Shown here piece by piece: positions 13,469 to 26,100 of a stretch of DNA of 64,000 nucleotides. The DNA is taken from NCBI GenBank assembly GCA_002269645.1, contig NIVC01003054.1, positions 1 through 64,000 of the forward strand, in the 5' to 3' direction. The translations under genes and the position numbers were made by a program. Source of the DNA: Macrostomum lignano. Taxonomy: Eukaryota. The notes beneath the pieces are model-generated. The model was not told the DNA's origin. It saw only the letters and a program-made list of their open reading frames with translations, and did no database searches. Numbering within the stretch: the stretch's first letter is position 1; each line of letters opens with the position of its first letter.

Positions 13469-16400
13469 ATGTGCAGCATTCTAGAAGACACAATATCAAC
13501 TGAAGACTTGGAGCGATGCCAACTTCAATATGAGAAAGAATCGGAGAAGCCGAGCAATCCGGAGGCTCTGGAGGCGGCCCAGTTTGCATACGCCTGGGGA
13601 CTAAGCAGGACGCGGCACAGGCCCAGCCTTCGCCTGGCCTGCCAGCTGCTGCAGAGCCTCTTTTTAGGCACCAAAGATGAAACTGCCAAGCGAGACTACT
13701 TGTACTACATTGCTGTGGCCAAGGTGGGGCAAGGCTAAGCATCTCATTTCATCTTATGCTAAAATGCATTTATTATCTGTTTCTTTATTTGTGCTACATC
13801 TGGCTTCTATCTTCTGTTATATCTTGATTCTATCTTCTGTTATATCTTGATCCTATCTTCTGTTATATCTTGATTCTATCTTCTGTTATATCTTGATTCT
13901 ATCTTCTGTTACATCTTGATTCTATCTTCTGTTATATCTTGATTCTATCTTCTGTTATATCTTGATTCTATCTTCTGTTACATCTTGATTCTATCTTCTG
14001 TTATATCTTGATTCTATCTTCTGTTATACCTTGTTTCTATCTTCTGTTATATCTTGATTCTATCTTCTGTTATATCTTGATTCTATCTTCTGTTATATCT
14101 TGATTCTATCTTCTGTTATATCTTGATTCTATCTTCTGTTATATCTTGATTCTATCTTCTGTTACATCTTGATTCTATCTTCTGTTATATCTTGATTCTA
14201 TCTTCTGTTATATCTTGATTCTATCTTCTGTTATATCTTGATTCTATCTTCTGTTATATCTTGATTCTATCTTCTGTTACATCTTGATTCTATCTTCTGT
14301 TATATCTTGATTCTATCTTCTGTTATATCTTGATTCTATCTTCTGTTATATCTTGATTCTATCTTCTGTTACATCTTGATTCTATCTTCTGTTATATCTT
14401 GATTCTATCTTCTGTTATACCTTGTTTCTATCTTCTGTTATATCTTGATTCTATCTTCTGTTATATCTTGATTCTATCTTCTGTTATATCTTGATTCTAT
14501 CTTCTGTTATATCTTGATTCTATCTTCTGTTATATCTTGACTATCTTCTGTTATACCTTGTTTCTATCTTCTGTTATATCTTGATTCTATCTTCTGTTAT
14601 ATCTTGACTATCTTCTGTTATACCTTGTTTCTATCTTCTGTTATATCTTGATTCTATCTTCTGTTATATCTTGATTCTATCTTCTGTTATATCTTGATTC
14701 TATCTTCTGTTATATCTTGATTCTATCTTCTGTTATATCTTGATTCTATCTTCTGTTATATCTTGATTCTATCTTCTGTTATATCTTGATTCTATCTTCT
14801 GTTATATCTTGATTCTATCTTCTGTTATATCTTGATTCTATCTTCTGTTATATCTTGATTCTATCTTCTGTTATATCTTGATTCTATCTTCTGTTATATC
14901 TTGATTCTATCTTCTGTTATATCTTGATTCTATCTTCTGTTATATCTTGATTCTATCTTCTGTTATATCTTGATTCTATCTTCTGTTATATCTTGATTCT
15001 ATCTTCTGTTATATCTTGATTCTATCTTCTGTTATATCTTGACTATCTTCTGTTATACCTTGTTTCTATCTTCTGTTATATCTTGATTCTATCTTCTGTT
15101 ATATCTTGATTCTATCTTCTGTTATATCTTGATTCTATCTTCTGTTATATCTTGATTCTATCTTCTGTTATATCTTGATTCTATCTTCTGTTATATCTTG
15201 ATTCTATCTTCTGTTATATCTTGATTCTATCTTCTGTTATATCTTGATTCTATCTTCTGTTATATCTTGATTCTATCTTCTGTTATATCTTGATTCTATC
15301 TTCTGTTATACCTTGTTTCTATCTTCTGTTATATCTTGATTCTATCTTCTGTTATATCTTGATTCTATCTTCTGTTATATCTTGATTCTATCTTCTGTTA
15401 TATCTTGATTCTATCTTCTGTTATATCTTGATTCTATCTTCTGTTATATCTTGATTCTATCTTTTGTTATATCTTGCTTCTATCTTCTGTTATATCTTGA
15501 TTCTATCTTCTGTTATATCTTGATTCTATCTTCTGTTATATCTTGCTTCTATCTTCTGTTATATCTTGCTTCTATCTTCTGTTATATCTTGATTCTATCT
15601 TCTGTTATATCTTGATTCTATCTTCTGTTATATCTTGATTCTATCTTCTGTTACATCTTGATTCTATCTTCTGTTATATCTTGATTCTATCTTCTGTTAT
15701 ATCTTGATTCTATCTTCTGTTATATCTTGATTCTATCTTCTGTTATATCTTGACTATCTTCTGTTATACCTTGTTTCTATCTTCTGTTATATCTTGATTC
15801 TATCTTCTGTTATATCTTGATTCTATCTTCTGTTATATCTTGATTCTATCTTCTGTTATATCTTGACTATCTTCTGTTATACCTTGTTTCTATCTTCTGT
15901 TATATCTTGATTCTATCTTCTGTTATATCTTGATTCTATCTTCTGTTATATCTTGATTCTATCTTCTGTTATATCTTGATTCTATCTTCTGTTATATCTT
16001 GATTCTATCTTCTGTTATATCTTGATTCTATCTTCTGTTATATCTTGATTCTATCTTCTGTTATATCTTGATTCTATCTTCTGTTATACCTTGTTTCTAT
16101 CTTCTGTTATATCTTGATTCTATCTTCTGTTATATCTTGATTCTATCTTCTGTTATATCTTGATTCTATCTTCTGTTATATCTTGATTCTATCTTCTGTT
16201 ATATCTTGATTCTATCTTCTGTTATATCTTGATTCTATCTTCTGTTATATCTTGATTCTATCTTCTGTTATATCTTGATTCTATCTTCTGTTATATCTTG
16301 ATTCTATCTTCTGTTATATCTTGATTCTATCTTCTGTTATACCTTGTTTCTATCTTCTGTTATATCTTGATTCTATCTTCTGTTATATCTTGATTCTATC

Positions 16401-17497
16401 TTCTGTTATATCTTGATTCTATCTTCTGTTATACCTTGATTCTATCTTCTGTTATATCTTGATTCTATCTTCTGTTATATCTTGATTCTATCTTCTGTTA
16501 TATCTTGATTCTATCTTCTGTTATATCTTGATTCTATCTTCTGTTATACCTTGTTTCTATCTTCTGTTATATCTTGATTCTGTCTTCTGTTATATCTTGA
16601 TTCTATCTTCTGTTATATCTTGATTCTATCTTCTGTTATATCTTGATTCTATCTTCTGTTATATCTTGATTCTATCTTCTGTTATATCTTGATTCTATCT
16701 TCTGTTATATCTTGATTCTATCTTCTGTTATATCTTGATTCTATCTTCTGTTATATCTTGATTCTATCTTCTGTTATACCTTGTTTCTATCTTCTGTTAT
16801 ATCTTGATTCTATCTTCTGTTATATCTTGATTCTATCTTCTGTTATACCTTGTTTCTATCTTCTGTTATATCTTGATTCTATCTTCTGTTATACCTTGTT
16901 TCTATCTTCTGTTATATCTTGATTCTATCTTCTGTTATATCTTGATTCTATCTTCTGTTATATCTTGATTCTATCTTCTGTTATATCTTGATTCTATCTT
17001 CTGTTATATCTTGATTCTATCTTCTGTTATATCTTGATTCTATCTTCTGTTATATCTTGATTCTATCTTCTGTTATACCTTGTTTCTATCTTCTGTTATA
17101 TCTTGATTCTATCTTCTGTTATATCTTGATTCTATCTTCTGTTATATCTTGATTCTATCTTCTGTTATATCTTGACTATCTTCTGTTATACCTTGTTTCT
17201 ATCTTCTGTTATATCTTGATTCTATCTTCTGTTATATCTTGATTCTATCTTCTGTTATACACCTCTTATTCCCAGGTGAAGCTGGCCGAATACGAGGACG
17301 CATTCGAGTACATTGACGGCATTCTGAAAGTGGAGCCGAACAATCACCAGGTCCGCCAGCTCCGGCAGGAGGCCGAGAAGCAGCGCAAACGCGACGGCAC
17401 CGTCGGCGTCGCCATCCTGGGTGGAGCGGCTGCCATTGTGGGCGTCGGCGCCGCCGTTGGAGCCGCCATCGGCATCGCCAAGCTGGCCAGGCGCTGA
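13469..17497 (+). CDS. FIS1: Mitochondrial/peroxisomal fission protein Fis1; join(13469..13723,17276..17497), 158 aa
   Basis: QFAYAWGL, RDYLYYIAVAK|VKLAEY, EPNNHQ and C-terminal TM DGTVGVAILGG plus basic tail match Fis1. Phase-0 GT-AG intron. Confidence 0.95.
13805..17259 (+). repeat. 23-bp minisatellite, ~150 copies, filling the FIS1 intron
   Basis: Unit TCTATCTTCTGTTATATCTTGAT with recurring variants (ACCTTGTTTC, ACATC, 1-nt deletions). Confidence 0.98.
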
Positions 17498-18247
17498 ACA
17501 GCAGGGCATCCAGGAGCGTCCGGGACTGTCGATTGCATCTCATGTAGCTATCGACTAGGATTCTCAGTTTTCAGTAAAAATTACAAATAAATCTTGTAAT
17601 AGATCCCACAGTTTAAAGGGTGTCAGATCCCACAATCAAAGTCTCGCAGATCCCAGCAGTTTTTGTGTCAGATTGTTATATTTTTAGATCATAAAATTTT
17701 GGTGTGGTGGATCCAGTCCACTATCTTAGCTTTATCTTAATGTCATTCATATTCAGGAGTCTAAAGATTTTGTCAGCAAATTTTTTCTCACAATGGGTAT
17801 TGGGTGTAATCTGTATGAATTGCTGCATAATTAATGTAATCTTATTTTTTAAAGTAATTTATTGCTTTTTAAAAGGCCTTTGTACTCTATTCATTGTACT
17901 CAGAATATTCAGAAAGTTGCGTGGGTTTGCAATCAAGTCATTTAAAAAAGTAGCTCGTAAAAATCATGAAAAGTATTAAAGTTGAGCTCTTTCAACTTTT
18001 TTTGACGCGATGGCGTTTTGAAGAAAAAAAGAATTTTTCAAGAAGTTAATCGATTGTACAGGAACTCTGTTTAAATATGTGGATTAATGTGTTTCAGTAC
18101 AATAAATTTTACATATTAGTGATCAAGTTTGACGTTTGATCTTTTTATTACTTATTTTATTTATTGGTTTGTATAATATAATTTAGCTTTAAATTTGAAT
18201 AATAAATGTTTACTAAGATTATTCTGAAAATTTAGTTAACTTCACCC

Positions 18248-18973
18248 AGAATCACCTAAGTGAATAGTGACCTTTCGCAGAATCACTAAGTGAATAGTGA
18301 CCGTTCACAGAATCACCCAAGTGAATAGTGACCTTTCGCAGAATCACTCAAGTGAACAGTGAGTGAACATTCACAGAATCACCCAAGTGAATAGTGACCT
18401 TTCGCAGAATCACCCAAGTGAACAGTGAGTGAACATTTACAGAATCACTCAGTGAATAGTGACCGTTCACAAAATCACCCAAGTGAATAGTGACCTTCAC
18501 AGAATCACCCAGTGAATAGTGAGTGAAAATTCACAGAATCACTCAGTGAATAGTGAGCGTTTACAGAATCACCCAGTGAATAGTGGCATTCACAGAATCA
18601 CCTAATGAATAGTAATTGTTCACAGAGTCACCCAAGTGAACACTGACCATTCACAGAATCACCCAGTGAATATTGACCATTCACAGTCACCCAAGTGAAT
18701 AGTGACCATTCACAGAGTCACCCAAGTGAATAGTGACCATTCACAGAGTCACCCAAGTGAATAGTGACCATTCACAGAGTCACCCAAGTGAATAGTGACC
18801 ATTCACAGAGTCACCCAAGTGAATAGTGACCATTCACAGAGTCACCCAAGTGAATAGTGACCATTCACAGAGTCACCCAAGTGAATAGTGACCATTCACA
18901 GAATCACCCAGTGAATAGTTACCATTCGAAAATTCATAGAAGAACCTTGTGAATGATGGCCGTTCACAGAATC
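18248..18973 (+). repeat. ~31-bp minisatellite between FIS1 and KIN17
   Basis: Unit CACAGAGTCACCCAAGTGAATAGTGACCATT, ending ~50 nt before the acceptor upstream of KIN17. Confidence 0.93.
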
Positions 18974-19074
18974 TGTTTAATCTTCAATGCGTTAACTATG
19001 CTTTAACTTCTGTCACGATTGCAGCCACTTACTAGATCGTTGCTGTCCAGGCAACAGCAGAAGCAGCAACAGCT

Positions 19075-21664
19075 ATGAGCAAGAAAGCGGAGGCCAACAC
19101 TCCCAAAGCGATCAGCAATCGCATCAAGGCCAAGGGCCTGCAGAAGCTGCGCTGGTACTGCGAGATGTGCCAGAAACAGTGCCGCGATGAGAACGGCTTC
19201 AAGTGCCACACAATGTCCGAGTCGCACCAGCGCCAACTGCTGCTTTTCGCCGAGACCCCCGAAAAGTACATTGAAGACTACAGCAAAGAGTTTCTGAAAG
19301 GCTATACGGATCTTCTCAGACGACAGTTTGGTTGTAAGCGGGTGCTGGCCAACTCGGTGTACCAGGAGTACATCAAGGATAGGAATCATGTTCACATGAA
19401 TGCCACTAAGTGAGTTTAGATGTCCAGTTCCACTTGATTTGGTTGGCGACTTGATGCCGCCTCATTCACCCACGTGATGCCGCCTCATTCACCACTTGGT
19501 GCCGCCTCATTCACCCACGTGATGCCGCCTCATTCACCCACTTGGTGCCGCCTCATTCACCCACTTGATGCCGCCTCATTTACCCACTTGGTGCTGTCTC
19601 ATTCACCCACGTGATGCCGCCTCATTCACCCACTTGATGCCGCCTCATTCACCCACTTGATGCCGCCTCATTCACTCTCGTGATGCCGCCTCATTCACCC
19701 AATTGATGCCGCCTCATTCACCCACGTGATGCCGCCTCATTCACCCAATTGATGCCGCCTCATTCACCCACGTGATGCCGCCTCATTCACCCACTTGATG
19801 CCGCCTCATTCACTCTCGTGATGCCGCCTCATTCACCCAATTGATGCCGCCTCATTCACCCACGTGATGCCGCCTCATTCACCCAATTGATGCCGCCTCA
19901 TTCACCCACGTGATGCCGCCTCATTCACCCACGTGATGCCGCCTCATTCACCCACTTGATGCCGCCTCATTCACCCACGTGATGCCGCCTCATTCACCCA
20001 CGTGATGCCGCCTTATTCACCCACGTGATGCCGCCTCATTCACCCTCGTGATGCCGCCTCATTCACCCACGTGATGCCGCCTCATTCACCCACTTGATGC
20101 CGCCTCATTCACCCACGTGATGCCGCCTCATTCACCCACTTGATGCCGCCTCATTCACCCACTTGATGCCGCCGCCTTCGCCCGTCCATCCGCAGGTGGC
20201 ACACCCTGACCGGCCTGGTGCAGTGGCTCGGCCGTGAAGGCATCTGCAAAGTGGACGAGACCGAACGCGGCTGGTACGTCCAGTACCTGGAGCGCGATCC
20301 CGAGCAGGAGCGCCGTCAGCGCGGCAAGGAGCGTCTCGAGCTGACAGACGCCGAGATGCAGCAGCGCCAAATTGACAGACAGATCGAATGGGGCCGCATG
20401 CGGGCCGCCGAGGCTGCCGCTGGAGACTCTGACGTCGACGGCGAATCTAACGGCCCGACCGAGCTGCTCCGGCCAGAGGGCGACGGCGACGACGGCGAGT
20501 CGCAGCAGCCAATTAAAATTAATCTTGCGTTGAAGCGGCCGGCGCCGGCTCCTGCGCTACAACCGCAGCAGAAGATAAAACCCGCGGCCACGCCAGCTGA
20601 GATTGGCGGCAATGCTTTGGCCAGGTAAGTTATTTTTTTTGCCTGTGTACATTGGAGAAGGGGTTGAGAGGTTTGGTCTGGCGTGTGTGTACATTGGTGA
20701 AGGCGTTTATGGCTTTAGTCTGGCGTGTGTATATTGGGGAAAGGGTTGAGGGGTTTGGTCTAGCGTGTGTGTACATTGGGGAAGGCGTTTATGGCTTTGG
20801 ACTGGCGTGTGTACATTGGGGAAAGGGTTGAGGGGTTTGGTCTGGCGTGTGTGTACATTGGGGAAGGGGTTGAGGGGTTTGTTCTGGCGTGTGTACATTG
20901 GCGAAGGGGTTGAAGGGTTTGGTCTGGCGTGTGTGTACATTGGGGAAGGGGTTGAGGGGTTTGTTCTGGCGTGTGTACATTGGCGAAGGGGTTGAGGGGT
21001 TTGTTCTGTCGTGTGTGTACATTGGGTAAGGGGTGGAGGGGTTTAGTCTTGCGCATTTGTGAATTCTGACTGGTCGAGGAGTCGATCTGAAGCATATTTA
21101 AGCCAGAAGCCATCATGAGCATTGCTTACTAATTAGTTAAACTTTTATTGTTCCTCTCCACACAGAGCCGAGCAAGAAGCAAAAAAACGCAGGAAGCAAG
21201 AACAACAAAAGCAGCAGCAGCTGCAGCAGCAAAAAAAGCCGCGTTCCGCTGTGGAGGAGCTGCGCGAAGAGCTGGAACGGGAGAAGTGTGCATCGATTCG
21301 GAGCTGGCTGTCTCCCGGCCTCGTGGTCCGCGTCGTCGACCCCGGCCGGCCGGACTGGCATCGGCGGAAGGCGACGGTCGAGTCGACAACGCCGCGCGGC
21401 GCCCGGCTCCGTTTCCTTGACGACGAACAAGCGGAGAAGCGCAGAGCCGAGGAGGTGGCCGAGTCCCGGCTGGAAACTGTGCTGCCCGCCCTGGGCGGCC
21501 GGGTTCGAGTTGTTCTGGGTTCGTTCAAAGGTCGCCTAGCAACGCTGCTGTCACTGCAGGAGGCCGACTATGCCTGCACTGTGCGGCTGGAGGACGGGCC
21601 GTACTCTGGCAAGACCGTGTCCGGGCTGGCCTATGAGCAGGTGTGCAAGCTGGCCGGCTTCTAG
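19075..21664 (+). CDS. KIN: DNA/RNA-binding protein KIN17; join(19075..19409,20196..20624,21166..21664), 420 aa
   Basis: KAISNRIKAKGLQKLRWYCEMCQKQCRDENGFKCH zinc finger, HMNATK|WHTL..WLGREG winged helix, C-terminal tandem KOW/SH3-like region. Both introns GT-AG phase 2. Confidence 0.96.
19449..20172 (+). repeat. 23-bp minisatellite, KIN17 intron 1
   Basis: Unit GATGCCGCCTCATTCACCCACGT, ~31 copies. Confidence 0.96.
20641..21050 (+). repeat. 38-40-bp G-rich minisatellite, KIN17 intron 2
   Basis: Unit GTGTACATTGGGGAAGGGGTTGAGGGGTTTGGTCTGGCGT. Confidence 0.95.
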
Positions 21665-21763
21665 TTCCCCTGTGCCGCTGGTGTCCCGCTCACGTGACTT
21701 TCTGTCTGGCCTTTATGTGACATTTTTAACTGATCACGTCACGTGGTCAGAGTGAATTTTTAT

Positions 21764-22150
21764 TGGTCACGTGACCTTCTAGCTGGCGAGTTTGTCAAGA
21801 ATCATATTAATCTACAAATGGTCACGTGACTTTCTAGCTGGTGTGTGTGACAAGAATCATTAATCTACAAATGGTCACGTGGCTTTCTAGCTGGCAAGTG
21901 TGTCAAGAATCATTAATCTACAAATGGTCACGTGGCTTTCTAGCTGGCAAGTGTGTCAAGAATCATTAATCTACGAATGGTCACGTGACTTTCTAGCTGA
22001 CGTGTGTGTCAAGAATCATATTAATCTACAAATGGTCACGTGACGTTCTAGCTGGTGTATGTGTCAAGAATCATATTAATCTACAAATGGTCACGTGATG
22101 TTCTAGCTGGTGTGTGTCAAGAATCATTAATCTACAAATGGTCACGTGAC
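21764..22150 (+). repeat. 51-55-bp tandem array with a GTCACGTGAC palindrome per unit, downstream of the KIN17 stop
   Basis: Eight units of GGTCACGTGACTTTCTAGCTGGTGTGTGTCAAGAATCATTAATCTACAAAT-like sequence. Confidence 0.95.
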
Positions 22151-23180
22151 ATTTAAAGTTGCCCTTAGTATTTACATAAAAATGTGTGACTTTATTTAAC
22201 TCTGTAAAAACTCGTGAAAAAAACAATTTTCACTTTGTTTGAATCTAATTTACTGAGCTATTTGCAGTAAGCTTTGTTAATAAATACAGGATTGCAGTGT
22301 AAACACGAGAACAACAGTACCATTTGGCATTTATATCAAAATTAATTGTACTTTTTGTCTTTCGTTTTCCGTTTTCATTTTTTATTTGTATGTTTAAATG
22401 AGCCACTGTCTGTTTACGTTTAATTTCGCCTTAGCAATGAATCATACTACTTTTAGTAATTTGGACAGGAAAAATAGAAAACCTTTAGTATGCCACCTAT
22501 AGCTACAACGATCTGATTTAATTATCATGAGAATTGTTCAAGATTCAGCTGTGGCTAAAATTATAATTCTCTTGTATTGTATAGCTATTTAGTGAATTAG
22601 GGAGTTAAATTACCCCTAAAGCAGTAAAACGATTATAAGCGCAGTTATTCTATTAATTGTACTATTAGTACAATTTTCTTTGCTACTAAATATTTGAGAA
22701 AAAACTTTTTGCTAGTTTTTATCTGCTCAACTCGCACTGGGTCATCAACCTCCCGCTGTTTCTTCTCTCTTTCTCTGCCTTGAAAAACGAGCTTGGAAGC
22801 GTGATGGCCATCCTATTTTTCGGAATGCTTTTCAATTGAAGCAGCTGAATGAGCGAGTGAGTTTAGAGAGAGAGAGAGAGGGGTGGGAGCTTCGTGCATA
22901 GGTAAACAGTTGAGCTGGCCTCGTCGAGTTTCGCTCCTATATATGCTGTAGTAAACGCAAGCAGTTGCTCATGATAAGTGTGTATATATAGTGCTTTACC
23001 TCGACACAAAAAACCACAGATCGAGTTCTCTGTGAAAACAGCAGGCCATTATTATTTGTCTTTTTTCCACAGCCACTCGTTCCAGTTGTTTTAATTTTGT
23101 GGCAAAGTAGATTTTGGGTTGAATTATCGAATGAAACTGTGCTTTCCGAAAACATAAGATTGATTGGTTCACGCGCAGTC

Positions 23181-26100
23181 ATGAGCTCGTTGAGTCGTCA
23201 GCAACAGCCGCAATACGATCATTTGGAACAGGATGCAGCAGCTGTGCCAAACAGCGCTTCCTCTCATGCACCAGCTGACGATGTGTTCGTCTTCTCTCCC
23301 GGTGGATTGCGTGTGAATGGGCTGTCAACTGGTGAGCATATTTTTTAATATGCATTTATGCATGCGTCTTATTTTACATATCACAGTGTTCTGCAGAATT
23401 CAACATTTTACGACGATGCATATATAGAACCTCTGTTAAATTTAAGGACCCCTTGAAAAGTCTAACCCAAATATGTAGTGCTAATCAATTTACACCCTGC
23501 AATTTCTGCGAAATTGTACATATGGATTTACAAGTACCATATAAGCATGCATACGTTATTGCATTGGCAACGTCATGATGACTAGAGGATGGGGAATCAA
23601 AGAAAAATAAAGTAGCATAATAAAAGTAGTTCCTTTAAAAAATGATGAGGTAAATTCCGCGGCCAAATAACTTCATGGACATCATGCTTGCTAAATAAAT
23701 TACAAACTCAACGCCCATTAATCTAAGCATGCTCTAAATGCATTGCCAACGATTTTAACGAAAAGAGATTTATCTAAACTTCTGGCTTTACAACAAAAGT
23801 TCAGTAACTTTTCTATACTTTTTAGTAATGATTATTGGCCTTATTGCCAGTACTAGTTGTTTAACTGATTAGTCTCTTCTCTCCGGACTGCGTCAGTATG
23901 ATTTTAAAATTGATAATTTACACGAAAATAAATTGTATAAGCCAGCTATTATCACATTCAGATTTACAATAGTTAGAAACTGATAAGACCACGGTCTTAT
24001 TTCCAATTTGTGCAATATTTTTAACTATAATTTGCAGTAATGGATGCATCTACAGCTAGTCAGGAAAATGCGGGTAAACAGCTAGACGATAGTGCTACTA
24101 GCCAAGGAATTAGTAAGTGCATTTAGTAGCAGACTTTCTTAAATTACAGAGAGTGAAATTCTACAATTTTATTGTCTATAACTTAACTGTAACTGTGACC
24201 TTAAGTTTCTTCTTTAGTTTGTTCATTCATACATGGTGTTGTCGTTTTTTATGCTTCTTTGGGTATAAGTTTGTTGAGGTGTGAGGTTTACAAATTGCAG
24301 TATTGTAAAAATTTTACCCTCTCATTTTGCTTGCTATGAGTATGTCAGTATGTGTGTATTGAGATAATATCCATAATAAATCGATCGGTTTAATTTACAT
24401 TTTTTAGAGTTCACCTTTGGTAAAGCCATTTTTTCTATAAAATGTATATATTATTTTAATTAAAATTCGAAAAAAATCATGAAAATTCTACTTGATTTGA
24501 TTAATTAAATTACCTAGCTAAGTAAATTAGTATTTAAATCTATTTAAAATAATTATTAATTTGAAAGCTGTTTGATCATATTTACAAAAAGCAATGCAAC
24601 AAATAAAGATAAGAATCATTAGATAATATTTTAATATTTAAGAATATATAACTAAGGTCTTAACTATTAAATAATTGATAACAAATAAATTCAAAGCAAT
24701 AATTTTGGCTAACAAAGAAAACACAACCTTAAATACCAGAAAGCATTTTTGTCAAAATGAAGTCATTGTGCTAAGTGGCCAATAGGCCATGGTCTCCCAT
24801 TAGCTAAAGCTAAAAAATTAGGCCATACTTTTTTGGCTTATAACTATGCAAAGTCTATTTTACAATATTGGATTGTAATACTTGTTATAGCTTGACCTCC
24901 TTCCCCTCAAAGATTTCTGGATCAACCCCTAGATTAATGATTTCATAAATTTATATTATTATATTCAAGCTTATAATTTCAATGTTTGGATTGATTAATA
25001 TATTCAAACTTGATTTTAAAAAAACTCATTTCTATCCAGTTTAATTGCTCTGAATATTAATTGACTTCAAGCACAAAAGATTAATAAACAAGTTTTTGCT
25101 TATATTATCAACTTGTTAAACAGATTAGCCTAGTAGAAATGTGTTTGACTTTTGCCTCAGGGTATGAGTTCCTATGCTTGACCATATTTATGTTTACATG
25201 TAATTGGCCTATAAGAGCCAACCCCAGATATATGCCTGACAATAGGGAAGTGAGGTTTAAAAATTCAATTTCCTTATAACCCTGACCATAGACGGCCTGC
25301 TCAGCCAGGAGAACAGCGAGCTGCGCGATCGGGTTGGCGATCTGGAACAGCGCGTGCAGTCCCAGGCTGACGAGCTGGTCTGCCTTCGCTCTGCTCTGTC
25401 GGACTGCCTCCGCCGTCTGGCCAGCGTGGAAACCAGCAAAGGTGGGTTCCCGCCAGCTGCACCCAATTATAATCGCCTGTCTGTAGCGCCCACCAACGCC
25501 AGCCTCACTTTGTCGCCGTCGGGTGCCGTGGCCACCAATTCGATGGGTGAGTTGCTGAACTGCATGAAATTCTCAGTTCGTGTGGAGCTGCTTGATGGGG
25601 CCCGTGTTGAGCTCATCTAATGGCTTTGTCTGTATTGTAATTCTCTAGTTCAATGGAAGGATTCACTTTCACATTAATATTGAGCCAATTGATCCCTCTC
25701 TCCTCCTCCCTATCCCTCTCTCCTCCTCCCTATCCCTCTCTTCTCCTCCCTATCCCTCTCTTCTCCTCCCTATCCCTCTCTCCTCCTCCCTATCCCTCTC
25801 TCCTCCTCCCTATCCCTCTCTTCTCCTCCCTATCCCTCTCTTCTCCTCCCTATCCCTCTCTCCTCCTCCCTATCCCTCTCTCCTCCTCCCTATCCCTCTC
25901 TCCTCCTCCCTATCCCTCTCTCCTCCTCCCTATCCCTCTCTCCTCCTCCCTATCCCTCTCTCCTCCTCCCTATCCCTCTATTCTCCTCCCTATCCCTCTA
26001 TTCTCCTCCCTATCCCTCTCTCCTCCTCCCTATCCCTCTCTTCTCCTCCCTATCCCTCTATTCTCCTCCCTATCCCTCTATTCTCCTCCCTATCCCTCTA

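Noticed and set aside
21764-22150. CRISPR-like appearance of regularly spaced palindromic repeats (also 40345-41045)
   Set aside because: The sequence between palindromes is itself repeated rather than unique spacers, there are no cas genes, and the context is eukaryotic.
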